A stretch of 64,000 bases of DNA from Candidatus Helarchaeota archaeon (GTDB lineage Archaea > Asgardarchaeota > Lokiarchaeia > Helarchaeales > RDOG01), in NCBI GenBank assembly GCA_019058315.1, contig JAHPZH010000001.1:535536-599535 (forward strand), in the 5' to 3' direction. The notes below the pieces were generated by a model. That model was not told the origin of the DNA. It was given only the letters and a program-made list of their open reading frames with translations, and ran no database searches. This document shows positions 48,480 through 57,576 of the stretch, one piece after another (positions within the stretch are counted from its first letter, which is position 1; every line of letters starts with the position of its first letter). Both the position numbers and the translations under genes were made by a program.

Positions 48480-50141
48480 TTAATTTTTTAAAAAATCAGA
48501 AGAACTTAACCGGATTGTACCTTGGATCAATCCTTTATTTAACATTTCATTTAAGAGCTTTTCTGCAAATTTTTCTGTTATGTTTAAAGTCTTCGCTATT
48601 AAAGAAAAAGGAATGTTTTTATAACGTTTTATAAGATTTGAGATCGCTCTATATGTCGATTCTTCATGTAGGAATGTTCCAGCATCGATATCAAAAAAAA
48701 TCTTCTTAAATTTATCTTTTTTCTCAAACATCTCAATTAAAATTTCTTTAACAACAAATTGAGAATAATTTAAATGATTTGCGATCTGCTCTATTGTCAC
48801 TATTGGAGATTTTTTTATCATCTTTTCAACTTCTATACCAAAATCATCTATAATCGAAGGGATTTCCTTTTGAAACGATTTCTTTATTCCTTTAATTTTC
48901 CATTTTACTTTATGAAAATCAGAACTAGTGCCTAACTCAGGATCATCTAATCTAAATATTTCAAAACCTAGAAATTCTTCAGTAATTTTAGTGAAATCAA
49001 ATACCAATGCTATGGCCTTTGGATTTAAATTTTGATATCCCAATTGGTTTAATCTATCTGTAGGTGATAAAAATAAACCTAGGCCGGGGTGTGAATGATA
49101 CCAACCAACCGTAAAATATCCCTTTTCAACTGCCATTGAGTCATATTCAGCTGCCTTTAAATAATGTTCCTCTTCAAAGGCAACTTCGAATTTCTCACCT
49201 GAAGTGATAGGAACTGAATCAAAAATTATCAAATCCTCATCTTTTAATTTTCCGATTAAAAGACCATATGTCTCTTTCCAATCTTCCCGTTTAATATCAA
49301 AATTTGCGTAAAACATTGTATGCAATAAAATATTTCTAAAAGAATCTAAGTTTAAAATGACTGTTCCCTTTTCTTCTACTGTTACTTTTGTTAAGTGAAG
49401 TTGTTCTTCAGGAACATACTTAAACAGAACATTATGGAATAAACTTATAAGAATGGCCTGAAAAGAGGGTCCAGAAAATGATAAATTGCTTGATTCTGCT
49501 TCAATTGTTTGAAGATTCCGTCTAGCCTCTTCAATATTGCCCTTTAATATATTATTAATAAAATTAAATATTGTTAACCCCAATCCAGTTATTTTATTTA
49601 ATTTAATTAAGTCCTCTATTTTATTCATTATATCTTTGGCACTTTCAGGTATTTCGAGTAAAAGATCAATTATTGCTATGAAACTATCATAAATAGTAGC
49701 ACGCTCATAAATATATTTCTGCAGAACGGAATCCTCCATTTCCGCCCTTTTATTAGTGAATTCTTTAGCTTTTTGAAAAAATCTTATCGAGTTTAAATAA
49801 TCCGGAGTCCCTTCTTTGGGATTTAATAAACATGTCGCTAAATCTATACAACAATTTGCAATTTTTTCATATTTATCTTTTAAGTCTAATTGACCTTTAG
49901 TGTAAGCATTAATTGCATTTTGATAGCATTTTATTGCTTTAGCATATTCTTGGATTTCCACAAAACAAGCTGCCGCTCTAAATAAACTATCTCCAATTTC
50001 GGTTTTAGGATCTTCAACATCTGAAGTCTTTTCAATTTCTAAAGCGGCTTTTAAATAGTTCTTTATAGCTTCTTGGAAATTTCCATTAATTTCGTATGCT
50101 CTACCTTGCTCCTTATATTCCATTATATGGCTATCCCACAC
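48480..50141 (-). CDS. TPR/alpha-SNAP-like, MPN/JAMM and winged-helix (PCI-like) fusion protein
   Basis: N-terminal EAIKNYLKAA / FRAAACF / KAIKCYQNA; KETYGLLIG...GWYHSHPGLGLFLSPTD; C-terminal IPFSLIAKTLNITEKFAEKLLNEMLNKGLIQGTI. Confidence 0.82.
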   Translation of the reverse strand: MWDSHIMEYKEQGRAYEINGNFQEAIKNYLKAALEIEKTSDVEDPKTEIGDSLFRAAACFVEIQEYAKAIKCYQNAINAYTKGQLDLKDKYEKIANCCIDLATCLLNPKEGTPDYLNSIRFFQKAKEFTNKRAEMEDSVLQKYIYERATIYDSFIAIIDLLLEIPESAKDIMNKIEDLIKLNKITGLGLTIFNFINNILKGNIEEARRNLQTIEAESSNLSFSGPSFQAILISLFHNVLFKYVPEEQLHLTKVTVEEKGTVILNLDSFRNILLHTMFYANFDIKREDWKETYGLLIGKLKDEDLIIFDSVPITSGEKFEVAFEEEHYLKAAEYDSMAVEKGYFTVGWYHSHPGLGLFLSPTDRLNQLGYQNLNPKAIALVFDFTKITEEFLGFEIFRLDDPELGTSSDFHKVKWKIKGIKKSFQKEIPSIIDDFGIEVEKMIKKSPIVTIEQIANHLNYSQFVVKEILIEMFEKKDKFKKIFFDIDAGTFLHEESTYRAISNLIKRYKNIPFSLIAKTLNITEKFAEKLLNEMLNKGLIQGTIRLSSSDFLKN

Positions 50142-50167
50142 AAAAAATATAAATTTTTAAAAAGAAA

Positions 50168-50695
50168 TCAAAATTTTGTAATTAACAATTTTGCTAATTC
50201 TGTAAATGCTTCATCTACTTTATCACCGGTTTTTGCAGAAGTCTCTATAAAACCGTGAGCATTAATTCTTTTTTGAAGTTTTAATCCATCTTCTTTTGTA
50301 ACTTCCTTATTTGGTAAATCCATTTTATTAGCAACAAGTATTGTTTGAAATTTTGGTTCTTTAACGTATTTATCTAATTCGTCCATCCATCTTTGTTCTA
50401 TCTGATTATATGTAGATTTTCGTGTAACGTCGTAGACAATTAATGCACCTTGTGCGCCTTGGAAATAAACATCTTGCATTTGACTCCATCTATCGTCACC
50501 AGCTAAATCCCATAATGTTAGCTTAATTCTATTGCCCTTTAATTCTATATTTTTTAAATAAATATTAGCGCCCATTGTGCTTTTATATTCCTCAGAAAAT
50601 TTCTCAGTTACATATTTTTTGACTAATGAAGTCTTACCTACAGCGGGCTGTCCAATTATACTGATTTTGAAAACATAAAGCGGTAATTTACTCAT
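50168..50695 (-). CDS. Rab-like small GTPase
   Basis: GQPAVGKTS, YKSTMG, WDLAGD, NKMD, ETSAK. Confidence 0.92.
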   Translation of the reverse strand: MSKLPLYVFKISIIGQPAVGKTSLVKKYVTEKFSEEYKSTMGANIYLKNIELKGNRIKLTLWDLAGDDRWSQMQDVYFQGAQGALIVYDVTRKSTYNQIEQRWMDELDKYVKEPKFQTILVANKMDLPNKEVTKEDGLKLQKRINAHGFIETSAKTGDKVDEAFTELAKLLITKF

Positions 50696-50854
50696 TGCAA
50701 TTATCTCGTTTTAGTATGGTTGATTCAAGAGATAAGATCCTATTATCACATCAATCCATATTAATTTAATTAATTTATTGAATTTACATATAATGCCAAA
50801 TTGAATTAATTAGATAATTCTATTCAGATGATTTGAAAATTTACTGAATAATAA

Positions 50855-51994
50855 TTAATATTTTATATCCGAAAGCAGATGTTCATTTCCAATTTTAACT
50901 CTTTTTAAACCAATCACATTCTTAGCGATTTCTAAGCAGCGTTTTGCATGGTTTTTACTAGTCAGGGGTAGATCGTTCATATAATAATGAGGAAAAAAGC
51001 CTAATAACGAATATGGAATATTTGGATTAATGTCTTTTATAAATTGAGCGATTTTTTTTACTTCATCAACATCTACATAACCAGGAACTAATAATGTAGA
51101 ACCTATTAAAAAAGGGATTTTGGGTCTTTCCGCCACCATCTCACCTAATTTTTTGAAATTTTCAAAGGTTTGTTTATTAGAAACCCCACAAAGAGCAATA
51201 TTTAAATTTTCATCAAAGCATTTAAGATCTATTTTAATACAACCCCCTGAATTAAAAGCTAGTTCTGCTGCTTTCTTCATCAATGGCCACTTCATCCCCC
51301 CATTAGTTTCAAAACAAACTCTAAATATCTGCTTATTTTCTCTAGCTTTATTCAAAGCGATTTGAGCAGTTTTAATAGCATGAGGCATCTGCGGAGAAGG
51401 ATCCCCACCAAAATAGCAAATACAACTAACTTTGTTATTAATTTTTTCGGCTAATTCTCTTGAACTAATAAGATGGTTTAGTTTTTGGGGCATTTGTCGA
51501 TATTGATAGTTCTGGCAATATAAACAGTCAAAATTACATGCCCCATAAAACACAGCAAGATTTGAATATCCATATTCTGGTCCTTGTTTATTAGCATAAT
51601 TAGGATACCCGCAACCAGTTCCCGCTGGACAAACAAATGCCGCTACGCAGTTTGTAGGATTTGGATCATAATACCATTGAAGTAATCCTTTTTCTATAGT
51701 TCCTGCTAGACGATTAATCCTACCTTTATCATTTTTCACAAGACCACAATAACCCAATCCACCCAAGGGAATTTTACAATCATTTGAACAGAAACCACAT
51801 CTTATGCCATCATCATCCCTTGGAACAGCTGGGGGAAGACCATACTTCTTCCTACTCATTTCATGCAATTGGTGCGTAATTTCAATAGCTTCACTAGGCC
51901 TTTCTATAATACATTTATAACAAACCCCCAATTTTCTTGAAAATATTTTGTCCGATTTACGACAAACTTTGCATTCTGGAGTTTCGACTTTCAT
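50855..51994 (-). CDS. Radical SAM protein (PflA/AmmeMemoRadiSam-like)
   Basis: CNFDCLYC; N-terminal CGFCSNDC...GYCG; GGDP, ETNG. Confidence 0.88.
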   Translation of the reverse strand: MKVETPECKVCRKSDKIFSRKLGVCYKCIIERPSEAIEITHQLHEMSRKKYGLPPAVPRDDDGIRCGFCSNDCKIPLGGLGYCGLVKNDKGRINRLAGTIEKGLLQWYYDPNPTNCVAAFVCPAGTGCGYPNYANKQGPEYGYSNLAVFYGACNFDCLYCQNYQYRQMPQKLNHLISSRELAEKINNKVSCICYFGGDPSPQMPHAIKTAQIALNKARENKQIFRVCFETNGGMKWPLMKKAAELAFNSGGCIKIDLKCFDENLNIALCGVSNKQTFENFKKLGEMVAERPKIPFLIGSTLLVPGYVDVDEVKKIAQFIKDINPNIPYSLLGFFPHYYMNDLPLTSKNHAKRCLEIAKNVIGLKRVKIGNEHLLSDIKY

Positions 51995-52111
51995 ATACCT
52001 CCAATTTTCCTAACTAAAAACAAAATAAATTATAAAAAATAAAACTTTTATGTTATTTCTCCAGCATTTATTTTAGAAATGAAGTGAGCATTAAAATCAG
52101 TTGAAGTAAAG

Positions 52112-52612
52112 ATGACTTTAAAAAAATTCTCGATGGACTTGACTCCTTATAAACTACGAGAATTTAAAGAAGAGGATCTTGCTTCAGTTGTTGATATCAA
52201 TCTAAAATGTTTGCCAGAGAATTATCCGGACTTCTTTTTCTTAGGAATTTATTATAGATATCCCAAAAGCTTCTTGGTTGCTGAAATCGATCATAAAATC
52301 GTTGGCTATTCAATGTACAGAAAGGAAAAAGGAATCTCATGCTTTGGTTTGAAATGGATTGATAAAGGACACTTGGTTTCTATTGCAGTACTTCCTGACC
52401 ATAGAACCAAAGGATTAGGACAAAATTTGCTCCTAGGTGGAATCCATTCTATGAAATTCGATTATAACGCAAAAGAAATCATCTTGGAAGTACGTATTTC
52501 AAATAACTCGGCTATCAATTTATATAAAAAGAATTCATTCAGTATAGTAAAAACACTTTCTCATTATTATAAGGATGGGGAAGATGCATATTTAATGGCT
52601 TTCAAATGTTAA
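52112..52612 (+). CDS. N-terminal acetyltransferase Ard1/RimI
   Basis: INLKCLPENY, GHLVSIAV, LEVRISN..AI.LY, YYKDGEDAY. Confidence 0.9.
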   Translation: MTLKKFSMDLTPYKLREFKEEDLASVVDINLKCLPENYPDFFFLGIYYRYPKSFLVAEIDHKIVGYSMYRKEKGISCFGLKWIDKGHLVSIAVLPDHRTKGLGQNLLLGGIHSMKFDYNAKEIILEVRISNNSAINLYKKNSFSIVKTLSHYYKDGEDAYLMAFKC

Positions 52613-52777
52613 TACATTTATTTAAAATTTAAACGTTAATTGTCAATATTTTTTATTTTAAACCTTCAGAAAATAATATAAATAACATTTAATTATTCAG
52701 AATCTATTGTAACCTAGAAATTAATTATAACTTAATTTTGATAATTTATTTACAATTAGCTACTTAACGGTAAAACA

Positions 52778-54091
52778 ATGTATTTTCAAAATAAACCATA
52801 TGATTTTTACCAAATTCGACAAATAATAGAAACTGAGTTTTTTTCAGAAAGAGAATTTATACATCCAATAACTCAAACTCCTACTTTTCTAATCTTATCT
52901 GAGCCAAAAATTAAAAAATTGGGAGATGCATTCGATTCAGTATTGGAAAAATTTGCAGATATAAATTTGCTCCCATTTTTAAGAACACCAACACCTTTAG
53001 AGTTAGATTTATTAGGAGAGGATATTGAAAAGAGAAAATATTATTCAATATTAATAGTCCCAAAAATAGAAGAGGATATACGACCAGAAAATATTAAAAT
53101 AAATATAATACTATTCTTTTGTACGTTAATTTCAGTATTTTTTGCTGCTTGGGTATATTTTATATTTTTAGGTGCAGATCCTCTAAATGTAAATACTCAA
53201 TTTAATAGTATTTTCAAATTACTCCCTATCCTTATAGCTTATGGTCTATCCATTTTATCTATACTTGGACTTCATGAATTAGGTCACATGGCTGCTTGCC
53301 GTATGCATAAAACACGTACAAGCTGGCCTTATTTTATACCACTTCCTATACCTCCTCTAGGCACTATGGGTGCCATAATAAAACAAAAAGGTCTAGTAAA
53401 AAATCGAAATGAACTTTTTGATATTGGTCTATTTGGTCCATTAGTTGGTTTTTTAGTGACATGTATAGTACTTTCAGTAGGTTTATTTTTGACAAAGCCC
53501 ATTACAACCGCAGATTATGTTACATTTATGAACATTCTCTACCCATTTTTACCAAGAGAGATAATAGAATTATATGTATTAGTCCTCTTAACATCCCCTC
53601 AATTACCTTTAATGCCAATTTTTTATGTTCTGGATCCAATTTTCTTTCCCGGAATATTAACTTATAATTTTTATGCTCGATCAATTGCTCCAATCCCATT
53701 ACCCGATGTAATCATATTTTTCCATCCATTAGCCTTTGCGGCATGGGTGGGTCTGCTTTTATCGGCTTTAAATATGTTACCATTTGGACAATTAGATGGG
53801 GGACATGTGGCTCGGGCAGTTTTTGGGGATAAAGGTTTTACTATTAATATTAATGGAATTCCTAGAAGGATTGAATTTTATAAAATTATAGGCCTTATCA
53901 GTCTAGGTATTATATTTTACATTAGTCCAGTATTTGGTTTTATTGTTCTTGTTTTATCAAGGGGTATATCACATCCCGGACCTTTAAATGATGTGTCTCC
54001 AATTAGTAAGCGAAGAAAATTTTTCTTCTTTATATTTCTAACTATGATAGTTCTAAGCTTTCCGCTCGGAACATTGTGGGTCTTTTTCTAA
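52778..54091 (+). CDS. Site-2 protease (M50)
   Basis: HELGH, PYFIP, GTMGA, NMLPFGQLDGGH. Confidence 0.92.
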   Translation: MYFQNKPYDFYQIRQIIETEFFSEREFIHPITQTPTFLILSEPKIKKLGDAFDSVLEKFADINLLPFLRTPTPLELDLLGEDIEKRKYYSILIVPKIEEDIRPENIKINIILFFCTLISVFFAAWVYFIFLGADPLNVNTQFNSIFKLLPILIAYGLSILSILGLHELGHMAACRMHKTRTSWPYFIPLPIPPLGTMGAIIKQKGLVKNRNELFDIGLFGPLVGFLVTCIVLSVGLFLTKPITTADYVTFMNILYPFLPREIIELYVLVLLTSPQLPLMPIFYVLDPIFFPGILTYNFYARSIAPIPLPDVIIFFHPLAFAAWVGLLLSALNMLPFGQLDGGHVARAVFGDKGFTININGIPRRIEFYKIIGLISLGIIFYISPVFGFIVLVLSRGISHPGPLNDVSPISKRRKFFFFIFLTMIVLSFPLGTLWVFF

Positions 54092-54112
54092 TTTATTAGG
54101 ATGTAGTTTTAA

Positions 54113-55372
54113 TTGGAATTAAAATTAGCATATGGCAATCAAACAGTCACTGTAGAAGTTCCAGAAAAAAATTTTTTAGGAACTTTATTGCCAAATGAAC
54201 TTCCAAGTGCAGAAGATGAGAGTCTAGAAATTCAAAGGGCGATTAATAACCCAATAAAAAGTCCTAAATTGGAAAAAATAATAAAACCAAACATGAAAGT
54301 CTCTATATTAGCAGATGATCATACAAGAGGGACTCCTGCATATTTAATTTTACCACATATTTTGAACAAATTAAATAAATTAAAAGTTCCTGATGAAAAT
54401 ATTACCATAATATTTGGGTGTGGAACCCATAGATGTGTAATGCCAGGTGAAGCAGAATTTTTAATAGGAAAAGAAATAATAAAAAGAATTAGGGTAGAAA
54501 GCCACAACTGTTATGCTGAAGATTTAGTTAATATTGGCAAAACATCTTTCGGTAATGAAATAAAGATAAATTCAATTGTTGCTAATAGTGACGCGATTAT
54601 TACTTTAGGCAAACTCGGTTATCATTATTATGCTGGATTTACAGGGGGTAGAAAAAGCATTCTACCTGGAGTATCCTCCTATGATACCATAAATTTTAAT
54701 CATGCTATGCTTATTCATCCTAAAGCAGTAACTGGAAATCTGGAGGGAAATCCTGTTCATCAGGATATGGTCGAGGCAGCAAGGCTTGCAAAAGTAGATT
54801 TTATTATTAATCTAGTAAAAAATAGTAAGGATAAAATCGTCAAAACTTTTGCGGGAGATTTAGAAGCTGCACACTTGGAAGCCAGTAAATTATATGATAA
54901 AATGTTTAGGGTAACCATTAAAAAAAGACCCGATATCGTATTACTCAGTGCAGGGGGTTACCCAAAAGATATCGATTTATATCAAGGTTCTAAGGCTATT
55001 GATAATTCAAAATTCCTAGTTCGTCCTGGTGGTGTAATAATTGCATTGTTAGAATGTAGAGAAGGGGTTGGAAATGATGTTTATAGAGAATGGTCTATAA
55101 AATATCGAACTTTAGAAGAACTTGAAAAGCAAGTTAAGACTAATTTTGTTTTAGGGGGGCATAAAGCTTATTATATGGAAAGAATTTTATTAAAATCTAC
55201 GATAATACTCGTTTCTGAAATGCCAGATAAAGAAGTCAGTGAAATTTACAAATTAAAACCATCTAGTAATGTTGATGATGCATTAGAAATAGCTTATAAT
55301 ATTGTAGGCAGGAATGCAAGCTTAATGGTTATGCCTTATGCAGCATCAACCTTACCAAGCATGGGTAGTTAA
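54113..55372 (+). CDS. larA: Nickel-pincer-dependent lactate racemase family (LarA-like)
   Basis: DDHTR, GCGTHR, HYYAGFTGGRKSILPG, GGYPKDIDLYQ. Confidence 0.85.
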   Translation: MELKLAYGNQTVTVEVPEKNFLGTLLPNELPSAEDESLEIQRAINNPIKSPKLEKIIKPNMKVSILADDHTRGTPAYLILPHILNKLNKLKVPDENITIIFGCGTHRCVMPGEAEFLIGKEIIKRIRVESHNCYAEDLVNIGKTSFGNEIKINSIVANSDAIITLGKLGYHYYAGFTGGRKSILPGVSSYDTINFNHAMLIHPKAVTGNLEGNPVHQDMVEAARLAKVDFIINLVKNSKDKIVKTFAGDLEAAHLEASKLYDKMFRVTIKKRPDIVLLSAGGYPKDIDLYQGSKAIDNSKFLVRPGGVIIALLECREGVGNDVYREWSIKYRTLEELEKQVKTNFVLGGHKAYYMERILLKSTIILVSEMPDKEVSEIYKLKPSSNVDDALEIAYNIVGRNASLMVMPYAASTLPSMGS

Positions 55373-55413
55373 AATAAACTGAAATTTTTTAGAAAATATC
55401 TGATATGAAATAG

Positions 55414-55977
55414 TTACCAAGCTACGATTGCAGCAAGAGCTCCAAATAAAATGGGAAGGCTTCCAATATAATATTGTGTTGCATGATTTAAAGACACAAC
55501 ATGTCCTTGTAGCATTTCAAAATATATACCCAGCTCTACTAAAGCTTTTACAAGAATGTAGTGTAACCTTAAATCGTCATTACCCCTTGAATGTGCATCA
55601 GCAGTTAATGCATCAAGAACAAAATAAAAACGATTTAAATCGCTAGTACCTGCAATAAAGATTGTCATAAATATAAACGATGCAATAGTGGCGATTATGG
55701 CTCCATAAAGTGATAATTTATGATTCTTTTGTTCAAAGCAGCATAATATTCCTCCAAATAAGGTCAATGCGGCTAAAAGATAAAACAAAAAATTTGGAAG
55801 AACAAAATTGTTAAAAGGAGCTCCAATATACAACCCTATTAATGGTATCCAAAAAGCATAATAATTCGGATGTATCCACCAAGGTATAAAACAGAAGATT
55901 ATTAATATTATTCCACAAAATAAAATTGTCTTTTGTTTAAAATCCAACGTCTTCCATTCAACCATTAATTTCGCCAC
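55414..55977 (-). CDS. Membrane protein
   Basis: About 4 hydrophobic helices. Confidence 0.6.
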   Translation of the reverse strand: MAKLMVEWKTLDFKQKTILFCGIILIIFCFIPWWIHPNYYAFWIPLIGLYIGAPFNNFVLPNFLFYLLAALTLFGGILCCFEQKNHKLSLYGAIIATIASFIFMTIFIAGTSDLNRFYFVLDALTADAHSRGNDDLRLHYILVKALVELGIYFEMLQGHVVSLNHATQYYIGSLPILFGALAAIVAW

Positions 55978-56000
55978 ATTTTTTAAATTAACTTATATCC

Positions 56001-57443
56001 TCATAATTTTTTAAGTTTATCCTCTAATGGTAGAATTTTTTTATGGAGAATTGTAAGTGCTTTTTTTCCTGCTTTATGAACTCCGATAGAACTTTGATTA
56101 ATTAAATTTAATCCCTTTATTTGCACTTTCTTCACAAAATCTCTAATTAATTGGGATAAAATTACATATTTTCGATTAATTTCAGTCCAAATAAATCCAT
56201 TTTTAATGAAAAAATTTGGATTTTTTTCCTTAAATTGTTCTACATGTTCTTTAAGTTGTACTGGTGGTCCTTTCCGTTGATATATTGATGAGAGATTATT
56301 TTTTGAACAATGAAAAACTAGACCATAATAATAATCTTCATAATAAAGAGTATAAGTGCATTTACCAAATTTTGGTTCACCAGTTGATTCTTTTTCTAAT
56401 AAAGTCTTAATTTTTTTTCCTAAACTATATAATTTATCTCTTAATTCAGTATAATGAACTGTGTCACCACTTTTAAATTCTAAAACATAATAATTACTAC
56501 CTAGTTTCGACAATTCGTCATCAGATAGCATTCTAATTGGTTGCTTTATAAAAAAATCCTCAGAGGGCGACTTTAGAAACTCGAATATTTGATGATTAAT
56601 ATATTCATATGCTCTTCTAGAAATGCTAGAAGCAATATTTCGTTTTCTATCTGTAGGGTCTACAATTATTATATAATCATTTTTAAATCTAGGAATATTT
56701 AATAGGGCTTTAGTATCTCTATTAAAAAAATCTATAGGTTTTTTACGAATGAAATTAAAATTTTGAAAAGTGTTTTCAAGATTTTCAAAATAAAGGATTA
56801 GGACTTCAGCAGAAAATCCTGTAAAACCGAATTGTCCTATTGAACATGTATCACCATATGCATAATTTCCCTTAAAGAATGATTTTAATAAGCGAACATC
56901 ATTTTTTTGATTATTAGTTAAATTCTTACTAATAATATCGGTATGAACTGGAGTACGATCAACAGCGGTGATTGGTCCATCTTTGAGTAATTCTTCTTTA
57001 CTTAAAGCAAAACAGCCAACAATATCTATATCGTAAATTCCTTTCTTTACATTTAAATAAGGATGTTCGGCATAGAAAATCCTAATTTTCTCACATTTTA
57101 GTTTTTTAGCCGCTAGAATGAATATATTATTGATAATATCTAAAAAGAGTTGATCTATTTTTTCTTTTTTTTCTCTTTTTTCTAATTTAAGTATATGGCT
57201 ATAATCTTCTTTCTTTAAACCTATAAAAATATCAATATCACTTGCTGAAGTGAGGTTTGTTTGTTTTTTTCCTGTTGAACCTTGTGATTCTATAAAAACA
57301 TAATTTAACCCCTGATAACTTGTGATTTCTTTTAAGGAACTAATAAATAAATCTGTAATTTTTTTAATATTTAATTGCTCGGATTCAGTGGGCACTAATT
57401 TGGCTAAAAGCTTGTTTTTAAGATTTGAAATATCAATACCCAC
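56001..57443 (-). CDS. cca: CCA-adding enzyme, archaeal class I
   Basis: QGSTGK.T.L...SDIDIF, YAEHPY, AVDRTPVH, VRLLKSF, GFTGFSAEVL, DPTD..RN. Confidence 0.92.
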   Translation of the reverse strand: MGIDISNLKNKLLAKLVPTESEQLNIKKITDLFISSLKEITSYQGLNYVFIESQGSTGKKQTNLTSASDIDIFIGLKKEDYSHILKLEKREKKEKIDQLFLDIINNIFILAAKKLKCEKIRIFYAEHPYLNVKKGIYDIDIVGCFALSKEELLKDGPITAVDRTPVHTDIISKNLTNNQKNDVRLLKSFFKGNYAYGDTCSIGQFGFTGFSAEVLILYFENLENTFQNFNFIRKKPIDFFNRDTKALLNIPRFKNDYIIIVDPTDRKRNIASSISRRAYEYINHQIFEFLKSPSEDFFIKQPIRMLSDDELSKLGSNYYVLEFKSGDTVHYTELRDKLYSLGKKIKTLLEKESTGEPKFGKCTYTLYYEDYYYGLVFHCSKNNLSSIYQRKGPPVQLKEHVEQFKEKNPNFFIKNGFIWTEINRKYVILSQLIRDFVKKVQIKGLNLINQSSIGVHKAGKKALTILHKKILPLEDKLKKL

Positions 57444-57522
57444 AAAATCACCTGCAATTTAATTGATAATTAATATTCATCAGATCTTAAATTAATACAT
57501 AAGTAGTTTATAGTTTATTCAA

Positions 57523-57554
57523 TTCATCGCATAATTTGAGGTATGCGAGCTGAA
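57523..57554 (-). terminator. Hairpin TCGCATA-n8-TATGCGA downstream of 57577..59364
   Basis: Core stem 57527-57533 / 57542-57548, extendable by TTCA/TGAA around a bulge. Confidence 0.35.
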
Positions 57555-57576
57555 AAATAAAAAAATAAGGAAGAAT

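Noticed and set aside
57523-57554. SECIS element
   Set aside because: No AUGA/GA quartet in the right geometry and no in-frame TGA in the upstream gene.
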